DNA of 64,000 bases, taken from positions 416,001-480,000 of the forward strand of contig CAVSHO010000009.1 of NCBI GenBank assembly GCA_963727825.1. The letters run 5' to 3'. The DNA is from Ignavibacteriota bacterium (GTDB taxonomy: Bacteria > Bacteroidota > Ignavibacteria > UBA10030). The notes under the pieces were generated by a model. That model searched no databases, was not told where the DNA came from, and saw only the letters and a program-made list of their open reading frames with translations. A program made the position numbers and the translations under genes. Positions 49,069-58,277 of this stretch are shown here, piece after piece. Every line of letters starts with the position of its first letter. Within the stretch, counting starts at the first letter, position 1.

Positions 49069-52063
49069 TATCATTATGATACGGAAGTTCCAATCCCGTA
49101 ATTCTATTCTTTACAGAGGTGCCCTCATCGGCATTCGTTAAATTATTTATATTGAGCACCACGGCAATATAACTTGCAAATTGTTGTTTGAGCGATAGAT
49201 CCCATTTAGTTAAACTATTAGTGACGATATCAGTTCTTCCATCAGCCGAGTATTGGCTTGTATATGCACCCTGGAAAAAGAGAGAAATACGCGCAGAAAA
49301 ACCGCCGATATCATAGCCAAGCGCTGCATTGCCAAAGAATTCTGGTTGTCCTTCTAATTTTTGTTTTGAATCAAAATATCTCGGCACCAGGCTTGCTGTA
49401 TAAGTAGTTTAACCTCTAAAAGTTGTCGGTAGCCAAACCGTATCGTCGTTCACAAACGCTCGGATATAGGTTTCTGAATGAATAAGCGAAAGGTTATATG
49501 ATATAACAAAATTCTTTAACAGGCCTGGAAGAAAATTCGTGTTAAATTGATGGGTGATTTCGAAGCCCCATACGCGTGTCGATTGTGAAGAACTATATGG
49601 ATAGAAGAGATAATAAGATACTGTCGAGTTGAATGGATCTTGCCATTTTATCCCTACACTATCAAGATACTTTTGTCCATTTTGTGTAATGGCACCATCT
49701 ACTTGCATTTCACTTGCATAATGAAACATATCTTTAATCTCTTTATAAAAAGCAGAGATGGTAAACAATCCTATATCGTTGCCAAAAAAAGATGCGTTAA
49801 CTTCATAATTCCATGCTTTTGCATCAGGGAGATCTGGGTCACCCGCCACTATCGATGTTCCATACTGCGCTGGAACGCCCTTAGGTAAATCTGAGGCTGA
49901 AGTTCTTGCGAGGAATTGATTCAACCTGTAATTGAAATCGGGCCTTGCCAATGCTCTATAGGCGGCAAGACGTACATTCATGAAATCGGCCGGTTTCAAG
50001 GTTAATTGTGCATTCGGGAGCCAAATATTTTCTGTGTGTGCGGCAGTTGTATCGCTTAAAATGCCCCTAACAGTAGGATACCCTGTTAGCGCTGTTTTCG
50101 AATATTCCGAAGTGTAGTTATCATTTTCAGATTCTACTCTAACACCCAGGATGAGGGTAGTCGTTTGTCCGATATTCAAAGTATTCATGAGATAACCGGC
50201 TGAGACTTGTTCTTCAATATTATAGCCCTCAGCGCCTATCTCATCATCCGGTGTATATTCGCTTAAAGAACCGTTAATTCCATTTTTATTAATGTTCCAC
50301 CATGCACGTAAATCATTATCGTTGATCAAGGGATAAAGTAGATCTCCGTTATAAAGAGTCCGTGATGGCGGTATGGGGTCTAGAAAATATGTAAGGAGTA
50401 CTTTAGAACCTTGTGTGAGATTATCATTTTGAAAAGGTGTTCCTGAAAAATTCTTTGGCCCTAATGTTGAATTTAAATATACTCCAAACTGCTCATAATT
50501 CGCAGTTAATTGACTCTCATCTTTTGATCGATCCTTGTCTCTATATTTTCCCCCAAACTTTATTTCACCAGACAATTCATTTCCGATAGTATATTGATCA
50601 CTCAAATCAAGATGTGCAGTCTTTTCTTTATCAAGATTTGCTTCTTGAGTGTAATATGACCATACCATATATGCTGCTTGAAAATTATTAAGAGCATACT
50701 GAATGTACGTGTTTGCCGGTCCTTTTGGATATTGTCCAGGGATCTGAGCCATTCCTGAAGTGGCAACACCTCCGGAGCTTGCACTTGGTTCATAGAAATC
50801 ACAATAAAAGTCATAAGGATAATCAGATTTGGATTGAGAGAAAGAAACTCCCCATTCTGCAGTAATACCAAACAAATGATTTTTTCCGCTAATAGAGCTG
50901 TTAAAATTTGAAGTTTCTTGTTGTTGATCTCTAAGAAAATACAAGGGACCAAGGGTCGCATCAGTTGGGTAATTTCTACTATCGGTAGTAAAATCTCGAG
51001 TAGTTTTATTATAGATGTTGCTAATTTTTATGGATCCATTGTCCGGAGTGTTTATATCAAAAATTACGCTGCCACCCTCTCTTTTTCTCGTTTCATCGAC
51101 ATATTGCAGTGTTAAATTTTTCAACGTGTAATCTGTGTAATTGCTGGGCGAAAAATCATATGTCAAATCAGTGCTTTCGGCGCTTCTATCTCTCTGTTCA
51201 AGGTTGCCGGATAGCTGCACACCAAGCACATCATTAAAAAATCGTTCGCCATACTTTGCAGAAAAATCATATTGGTTTAGTGTTTTATTGAGTTTCTCAT
51301 AAGCGCCTTTCGCATTTATTTGGACGGATCGTTCTGCCGGCGCGTTTGGTGTTATGAGATTTACTGAACCAGCTATAGCATCTGCATCTTTATCCGGTGT
51401 TAATGCTTTATAAAGTTCTATACCGGCTAATGAACCTTGAGACATCATGCTAAGGTCAACACCTCTGGCATCCGCCTCGGTTGCGGGTACTCTGACGCCA
51501 TCTAAAGTAACAGTGCTGAATCCGGCACTCATACCTCGCAGAACAATTGTGGTCGCTTCACCGCCTGAACGCTGTAATGCAACACCAGGCAAACGTCCTA
51601 TAGCTTCTGCGGCATTTGCGTCTGGCAATTCTTTAATCTTCTCTGTTGAAACAACATTGACCATAGTATTTGCCGTAAGCTGCTGGTTTATAGCTGCTTG
51701 TTGACCACGTGCTTGTCCGGTAACAACAACCTCTTCACCTTGGATAACCGTTGGCTTCAATTGGAATTTTCTTGATGCTTCCTGCTTTATGGAAAAATCA
51801 ATTTTGCTGATCAATGGCTCATAACCAACACATGATATTTTTACATCAAAGGTACGTTCAGGGATTCCGAAGATTAGAAATTTACCATCGATATCCGTTG
51901 CCCCACCTATGGATGTACCTTGTATAGTCACGTTTACTCCAATTAACGGCTCATTATTTGAAGCATCTGTTACGGTACCTTTTAAGGTTGCTTGTCCAAA
52001 TGCGATTATCGGGACAAAGACTGTAAGGAACAGAATTCTTTTTAAAGAGTATAATACTGGCAT
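49025..52063 (-). CDS. TonB-dependent receptor with N-terminal carboxypeptidase-regulatory-like domain; one in-frame TAA at 49409-49411
   Basis: GTVTDASNNEPLIGVNV; plug ELPDANAAEAIGRLPGV; KALTPDKDADAIAGSVNL; C-terminal LGVQVTF. The two ORFs share a frame (FRG*TTYTASLVPRY). Start at MPVLYS behind AAGGAG. Confidence 0.9.
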
Positions 52064-52147
52064 AGTGCACCACTCCTTATTATAATTGATCACAATATTG
52101 GATTTCTTTAAACGACAGGCAGATGTGAACAGTTTTTTGTTTCTCAT

Positions 52148-52167
52148 CTTGTATGATATCTTACAAG
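52148..52167. promoter_or_regulatory. Palindromic operator-like site overlapping the predicted receptor transcription start
   Basis: CTTGTATGATATCTTACAAG, 9 of 10 pairs complementary. Confidence 0.65.
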
Positions 52168-52170
52168 GTG

Positions 52171-52199
52171 AATTTATATATTATTTATTAACCTGTCAA
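52171..52199 (-). promoter_or_regulatory. Sigma70-type promoter for the receptor
   Basis: Minus strand TTGACA (52199-52194), 17 bp, TAAATT (52176-52171). Confidence 0.65.
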
Positions 52200-52604
52200 G
52201 CAAAATCCTTTCGTTTAGATATCTGAACAATACTATATATTCAATCGTCTTTTAAAAAGGACAATGTCAGATGAGAAATTGACAATAGATTCTTTTTCAA
52301 TTGGTGCATGAAACACCCCTTCTACATTTATTAAACACTTCTGCTGCTCTTACTTCGTAGAAATGCCGCTCGCGTAACATGATGCGGTCAATGCATAATA
52401 TTACGCACTTCAGTATTTTAAAAACTTTAATGAAAGAAGGGGTGTACCAGGATGAATAACACTATCATAAATGGATGTCACCTTCATCGATGCACCAAGA
52501 GTTGCAATTCATCTTAACCAATGCTCATTATAGTAAGACAATTGAGCTTGAAGAACTCCCTATGGAGATGGATCAACAATGTGAGATTTATTGAAGGCGT
52601 TAGT

Positions 52605-52750
52605 TAGACGCAAAACCCTTTACTACTCCATATATGCCGCGACTGTTTTTACAGATATTTCAAGCATATCTGCTATTTCAGCATATTTCATATTTTAGTA
52701 TCTGCGAACCTCACTACCAATAGTGTAAGTTTTAAGAAATTTGGCAGGCT
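52605..52750 (-). pseudogene. ECF sigma-70 factor region-4 remnant
   Basis: MKYAEIADMLEISVKTVAAYME** (52691-52623), preceded out of frame by SLP...RF; typical ECF helix-turn-helix. Confidence 0.7.
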
Positions 52751-53109
52751 ACTTTTAAGAACTCAAACGAATCATTCTATCTATTTTCGTCAAACGAATA
52801 TAAGGGCGATTACAACAATATTACTTTCGTTCTATCGATAAGATTAGTACTGCAAGAATTTTTTTGTGTGTTCTTTCCGATAATATCATTGAGCATCCTT
52901 TAATATTACCAGTTTGATACGAAGCTGTAGATTAGCCAAGCACCTGCCACTGCTATAAGGTCTAAAGAAGAATTCCGATCGAGGCATCTGGAGTTTCCTT
53001 CATAGGCATCGAGCAGACAATATATCCTATGAATATTTTAGTATTTCAATGTATTTACATTTTAAACGAATTGGAATCAGAGTTGATTGAAATAATCGCG
53101 TTGGTCGTA

Positions 53110-54387
53110 CTAATTTGAATGGTGTAAAGCAGGCGTATATATTCTGAAATTTCCACTGGCTTGCAGCATAGCTAACATGTACAGCAAACCGTCATAATAT
53201 CGGTATTCTCCGCTGGGAATTTCAGCATTCCACAATTCTTCAACAAAATCTTTTCGGTTTACATTTGTAGAGGCAAGAGCTGCAACCGCATTCATTGCAA
53301 CTAATCCTATGCCATGATCACTTGAAAGTTGCTTCCCATCTAATGTGTACAAGCTACCGTACTTTTTTATTCCTTCGGAATAGAAGAAATTCAGAAGTCT
53401 GTTACTTTGTGCTACTTCCCATTCATCCTTTGCGAACCACAAATAATCAATAGCTACATTTGCCGCAACGCGCCAAGCATCATACTGAAAATTTTCAGAT
53501 CCACCCGGCCACGGCTTATGAGGAGTACCGTTAAACTTTGCATAATCAGGAGCAAGACCTGTATTTCCATTGATTGTTTTTTTAAATAATCGGCGGCTGG
53601 CGGACGCCGCTTCATACCAAAACTGTGTATCCTTTTCTGCCCATCGTGCCCAGAGTTCATAAAAATGTGGAAGATGATACGACGGATCGGTGAACCCCGA
53701 TGATCCCTTGTTGGGCACAAACACAATCTGGTATTCCTTAGTATTAAATAGATTCGTTACGCTTCCGTCGTTGTCAGCATCGGTTTCTTTATGAAGCATA
53801 ACGTTGAGGAGCTGCTGCGCCTCTGCGTTGTAATTATAAATTCCTTCGCCATTACCCCATCGCGCCGATGCAAAAAAAAGCGCCATCGTAAACCATTCCT
53901 CACCATCCGCCGCTGTGCTATGATCTATGATCGTTCCATCAGGTTTGCATAGCCATGCAAAATAATCTTTGCATGGGCCGTTTCGATGCTGCATAAATGT
54001 TTTTGCCCACTTCCATAAACAGTCAAATTCGTTTTTTTTGTTCAACTGAACTGCGATCATCATGCCGTATGACATGCCTTCCGTGCGAACATCTCGATGG
54101 GAAACATCTTCGATGTAAGCCATATCTTTTCCCGCGGGGAAATAGATACGCTGTGTACTATCATCACCATAAAATAATTGGTGAAAGGCACTATCCACCC
54201 TGGCTTGCACTGTGTCCTTTGGCATTCCTAGTAATTCTGAAAAGAGATTTTTATAATCGCCCGAATTAAAAGCGCCTACACGGTTGGATTGTTGCGAAGT
54301 ATCCTTAGGATCGCAAGAATATAGAAATTCATGAACACACATAAGCTGCAAGACCATAACGAAAGCGATTTGCTCTGAGTGTGACAT
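53110..54387 (-). CDS. GH8 xylanase / reducing-end xylose-releasing exo-oligoxylanase-like
   Basis: DVRTEGMSYGMM, AADGEEW, FTDPSYHLPHFY, YDAWR, YRYYDG. Confidence 0.9.
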   Translation of the reverse strand: MSHSEQIAFVMVLQLMCVHEFLYSCDPKDTSQQSNRVGAFNSGDYKNLFSELLGMPKDTVQARVDSAFHQLFYGDDSTQRIYFPAGKDMAYIEDVSHRDVRTEGMSYGMMIAVQLNKKNEFDCLWKWAKTFMQHRNGPCKDYFAWLCKPDGTIIDHSTAADGEEWFTMALFFASARWGNGEGIYNYNAEAQQLLNVMLHKETDADNDGSVTNLFNTKEYQIVFVPNKGSSGFTDPSYHLPHFYELWARWAEKDTQFWYEAASASRRLFKKTINGNTGLAPDYAKFNGTPHKPWPGGSENFQYDAWRVAANVAIDYLWFAKDEWEVAQSNRLLNFFYSEGIKKYGSLYTLDGKQLSSDHGIGLVAMNAVAALASTNVNRKDFVEELWNAEIPSGEYRYYDGLLYMLAMLQASGNFRIYTPALHHSN

Positions 54388-54398
54388 TCATTTTAAAT

Positions 54399-55880
54399 TT
54401 ATTCAAATGGATTCTCTGTTGGATACATCATTCCTTTTGGCTGATTAAAAGAGACTTCTTTGATACCAAGCATTTTGCTGGCTGCAAAAAGAGTCTTACC
54501 GGCATGCTTGAATGCAACCGCCGTGTGATGAGGAAAATGTTTTTCAATAAGCACATGACGATAAAATCTTCCCATCTCATTTATTGCAAACACACCTATC
54601 GATCCGAAAGATTTTGGATTCACTTTTAACACTTCACCGTTTGCAACATACGCACATATCTTTGCATCGGCTGTGGATTGCGCACGGAAAATGGCAATCG
54701 GTCCAGATTTAATTTGTCCTTCTAATGTACCGCGCGTTACATTGGGTTTTTTTCCTGGTTCCATCAGACGATGCATAATCAATTGGTACTGCATAACCGG
54801 CTTTATCATGCACGATGAAGAGGTATTCCCACAATGGAATCCCATCCAGAGATCGGTCAAATCGTATGTTCCAATCTCCTTTTTATTTTCCTTGTACATA
54901 TCTTTTGGAACAGAATTATTGATATCCAAAATTGTTGGAGGCAGTTCTGTTGCACAGATGACCATGTATTCACTCAGAGTCCCATAAATGTCTGTTTCAC
55001 AGGCAACCGGTATTCCCTTTGTAGCCAAGCGTGAATTCAGATAGCAGGGCACATGACCAAAGTATTTCTCGAAAGCAGGCCAACATTTATTAGCAAACGC
55101 GGCGTATGTTGATGTTCCAAGATTTGCCTGCATAAATTTTTCTAAGGCAAATTCATATTGGGCAAGTTTTTCCAATAGATCGGGATATGTATTTCCCTTT
55201 CCAAGTTCTTTACCCATTTCAGCTACAATTCGTTTTATTTCTGGATTCCCATTTTCAGCCTGGACGATATCCAGAAGGTCGAGTTCGCTGTTTTCCATTA
55301 TTTCAACACCAAGATCATACAAGGGCTGGATAGGGGCATTACATGCTAGGAAGTCAAATGGACGTGGCCCGAATGACATAATTTTCAGATTCCGAACACC
55401 AATAACAGTACGGGCTATCGGAATAAAATCTGCAATCATTGTTGCAATATCCTTCGAATCACCAACCGGATATTCCGGTATGTGCACATTCAACCTTCGT
55501 AAACCAATATTGTAAGACGAGTTCAACATACCGCAATATGCATCGCCGCGACCGTTGATTAAATCCTTTCCTGTATCCTCTGCAGCAACAGCAACCATAA
55601 CCGGTCCGCCAAATTTTTTAGCCAGCATGGTAGTTGGCCCTTCAGGGCCGAAGTTTCCAAGATAGAGTACTAATGCATTAATTTTAAATTTCTTTATTTC
55701 ATCAAGCGCTTTTAAAACATCACGCTCGTTCTCAACAATCGTATCGATTTCAACAACAGGCACATTATTTTCTTTGCAGGCAGCAACTACGTTTTTACGG
55801 CGTTTACGGGAGAGTTCAATAGGAAAACAATCACGGCTTACTGCAATAATACCTAATTTTACTACTGGAATATTTTGCAT
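54399..55880 (-). CDS. L-fucose/L-arabinose isomerase family (FucI-like) protein
   Basis: VSRDCFP, NFGPE, RGDAYCG, CETD, GFHCGN, GTLEG, PHH. Start at MQNIP behind GAGGAG. Confidence 0.85.
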   Translation of the reverse strand: MQNIPVVKLGIIAVSRDCFPIELSRKRRKNVVAACKENNVPVVEIDTIVENERDVLKALDEIKKFKINALVLYLGNFGPEGPTTMLAKKFGGPVMVAVAAEDTGKDLINGRGDAYCGMLNSSYNIGLRRLNVHIPEYPVGDSKDIATMIADFIPIARTVIGVRNLKIMSFGPRPFDFLACNAPIQPLYDLGVEIMENSELDLLDIVQAENGNPEIKRIVAEMGKELGKGNTYPDLLEKLAQYEFALEKFMQANLGTSTYAAFANKCWPAFEKYFGHVPCYLNSRLATKGIPVACETDIYGTLSEYMVICATELPPTILDINNSVPKDMYKENKKEIGTYDLTDLWMGFHCGNTSSSCMIKPVMQYQLIMHRLMEPGKKPNVTRGTLEGQIKSGPIAIFRAQSTADAKICAYVANGEVLKVNPKSFGSIGVFAINEMGRFYRHVLIEKHFPHHTAVAFKHAGKTLFAASKMLGIKEVSFNQPKGMMYPTENPFE

Positions 55881-55894
55881 AAACATAACTCCTC

Positions 55895-56036
55895 TTATTT
55901 TTTCTTTTGGCCGAAATAAGCATTCGGCCCATGTTTTCATTGATAATGTTTTTCTTGAATAAAAGACGGAAGCTGATGAAGATCAGGATTCATTTGCAAA
56001 GAATCCAATGCTATCTGCGCCACATGTTTAAGAATT
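55895..56036 (-). pseudogene. Decayed duplicate of the araD 3' end
   Basis: ILKHVAQIALDSLQMNPDLHQLPSFIQEKHYQ*KHGPNAYFGQKKK versus araD ILENVAQMALGSLQLNPNLVQLPSFIQEKHYQRKHGPNAYYGQK. Confidence 0.9.
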
Positions 56037-57553
56037 CAATAATCCTCTTGTTCGCTAAAGTTACTTCCTGTATGATGCTTCGTTCCAGCGAAGTTCCTTT
56101 TAAATTCAGAGATCTGCGTTTGATCATCGATCAGAAGATATTCAATATCTGCGATTTCGGCAAAGTCTTCCATATAGTCTGCAGTTATAGCCTGACTAAA
56201 TCCAGTATGATGCGCACCACCAGCCAGTATCCATGCTGCAGCACCTATCTGAAGGTTGGGTTTAGGTATCCACATCGCACGGGCTACCGGCAATTTCGGT
56301 AAAGGTTTGTCCGGTGGAACAACTATCACTTCATTGACGATGAGGCGGAATCGATTTCCCATGTCTATTATAGAAGCATTCAACGCTGGTCCATTCGGTA
56401 CATTGAACACCAGCCGCGGTGGATCGTCTTTTCCTCCGATGCCAAGTTTATGTACTTCTAATGAAGGTTTACCTTCTGCAATGGATTCGCATACTTCCAG
56501 CATGTGCGCACCTAACACTTTCATGCCCGCAGGATTTAAGTGATATGTATAATCTTCCATAAACGAAGTTCCACCTTTTAGTCCCGAAGCCATGACTTTT
56601 ATTGCCCGCACCAAAGCGGCAGTTTTCCAATCTCCTTCTGCTCCGAATCCATATCCATCTGCCATCAAACGCTGAACCGCAAGGCCCGGGAGCTGTTTGA
56701 GTCCATGCAAATCTTCAAATGTAGTCGTAAATGCTTTAAACTTGCCTTCCGAGAGAAATGCGCGCATTCCTATTTCAATACGAGCCGTCTCACAAAGGTT
56801 GGAATATCGTTCGCCGCCTTTTTTTGCAGCAGCCGCAACTGTGTATTTGCTTTCGTATTCGGCAATCAATTTGTTGATGTCTGCATCTGAAACTTCATTG
56901 ATGCATTTTACAAGATCGCCAATTCCATATCCATTGACTGAATACCCAAAACGAAGCTGAGCTTCGACTTTGTCACCTTCTGTCACTGCCACTTCGCGCA
57001 TGTTGTCCCCGAAGCGGGCTATCTTTCCGCCCTGTGCATCAGCCCATGCAGAAGCAACACGCGTCCATATATTGAGTTGTTGCTGAACCGATGCATCTTG
57101 CCAATATCCAACGATCACTTTACGTTTCTTACCCATGCGACTACAGATGAATCCGAATTCTCGATCACCATGCGCCGCTTGATTCAAATTCATGAAATCC
57201 ATGTCTATAGTATCCCATGGAATATCACGATTCGATTGAGTGTGTAGGTGCACGAATGGTTTTGTCAGTGTTTTTAATCCGCCGATCCACATTTTCGCTG
57301 GAGAGAAAGTGTGCATCCACATAATCATTCCGATGCAGCTCGGCTGAGAATTTGCTTCGAGACAAAGTGTATGAATAGATTCCGGAGTTGTTAATACGGG
57401 TTTGAAAACAATTTTTACGGGAATAAGCCCTGAAGCATTCAAGCCATTGACAATGGCTTGCGAATCCTGAGCAACTTGTCGGAGTGTATCCGGACCATAT
57501 AAATGCTGGCTGCCGGTAGCAAACCAGACTTCATTCTGTTTAAGATCGATCAT
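56036..57553 (-). CDS. araA: L-arabinose isomerase (probable 1-base deletion near the 3' end; true stop likely 56061)
   Basis: [51 protein letters not shown]. Adding one A restores [14 protein letters not shown]-stop. Confidence 0.97.
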   Translation of the reverse strand: MIDLKQNEVWFATGSQHLYGPDTLRQVAQDSQAIVNGLNASGLIPVKIVFKPVLTTPESIHTLCLEANSQPSCIGMIMWMHTFSPAKMWIGGLKTLTKPFVHLHTQSNRDIPWDTIDMDFMNLNQAAHGDREFGFICSRMGKKRKVIVGYWQDASVQQQLNIWTRVASAWADAQGGKIARFGDNMREVAVTEGDKVEAQLRFGYSVNGYGIGDLVKCINEVSDADINKLIAEYESKYTVAAAAKKGGERYSNLCETARIEIGMRAFLSEGKFKAFTTTFEDLHGLKQLPGLAVQRLMADGYGFGAEGDWKTAALVRAIKVMASGLKGGTSFMEDYTYHLNPAGMKVLGAHMLEVCESIAEGKPSLEVHKLGIGGKDDPPRLVFNVPNGPALNASIIDMGNRFRLIVNEVIVVPPDKPLPKLPVARAMWIPKPNLQIGAAAWILAGGAHHTGFSQAITADYMEDFAEIADIEYLLIDDQTQISEFKRNFAGTKHHTGSNFSEQEDY

Positions 57554-57586
57554 AATTATCCTTTGGAATCAAATGTACGGAAAATA

Positions 57587-58276
57587 TTATTTTTGGCCAT
57601 AATAAGCATTCGGCCCATGTTTTCGTTGATAATGTTTTTCTTGAATGAATGATGGAAGCTGAACAAGATTGGGATTCAATTGCAACGAACCCAATGCCAT
57701 CTGTGCCACATTTTCTAATATTAGGATATTTTTCATTGCATCATTTGCACTCGTTCCCCATGCAAATGGCGCATGTCCGCCAACCAAAACAGCAGGCATG
57801 CTTTCAGGATCCAGGTATGTGAACCGTTCGATAATAACTGAACCGGTATTTTCTTCATATTTACTCTCAACTTCTTCCTTTGTCAGGAATCGAGTAACAG
57901 GAATAGAACCGTTGAAATGATCGGCGTGCGTTGTCCCAAAACATGGTATTTCCTTACAAGCTTGCGCAAACATTGTTGCATATATACTATGTGTATGTGC
58001 AATTCCACCGATGGAAGAAAAGTTCTTGTATAATCGAAGATGCGTCGGCAAATCTGAAGATGGGCGAAGTTTTCCCTCTACAATCTTTCCATCGAAATCC
58101 ACTACGACCATATCAGCAGGCTTCATAATTTCATAATCAACGCCGCTCGGTTTAATCACTACATATCCATCAGCACGGCTGATACCGCTAACATTTCCCC
58201 ACGTGAGTATCACAAGCCGATTCCGCAGCAAATCGATATTTGCTTGAAACACTTCTTCCTTCAATTGTTTGAGCAT
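57587..58276 (-). CDS. araD: L-ribulose-5-phosphate 4-epimerase
   Basis: TWGNVS, IKPSGV, PSSD.PTH, HTHS, GTTHAD, RKHG.NAYYGQ. Confidence 0.96.
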   Translation of the reverse strand: MLKQLKEEVFQANIDLLRNRLVILTWGNVSGISRADGYVVIKPSGVDYEIMKPADMVVVDFDGKIVEGKLRPSSDLPTHLRLYKNFSSIGGIAHTHSIYATMFAQACKEIPCFGTTHADHFNGSIPVTRFLTKEEVESKYEENTGSVIIERFTYLDPESMPAVLVGGHAPFAWGTSANDAMKNILILENVAQMALGSLQLNPNLVQLPSFIQEKHYQRKHGPNAYYGQK

Positions 58277-58277
58277 G

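Noticed and set aside
52300-52540. Possible FecR anti-sigma remnant after the ECF fragment
   Set aside because: Only an FYEV-like tetrapeptide is visible; too weak.
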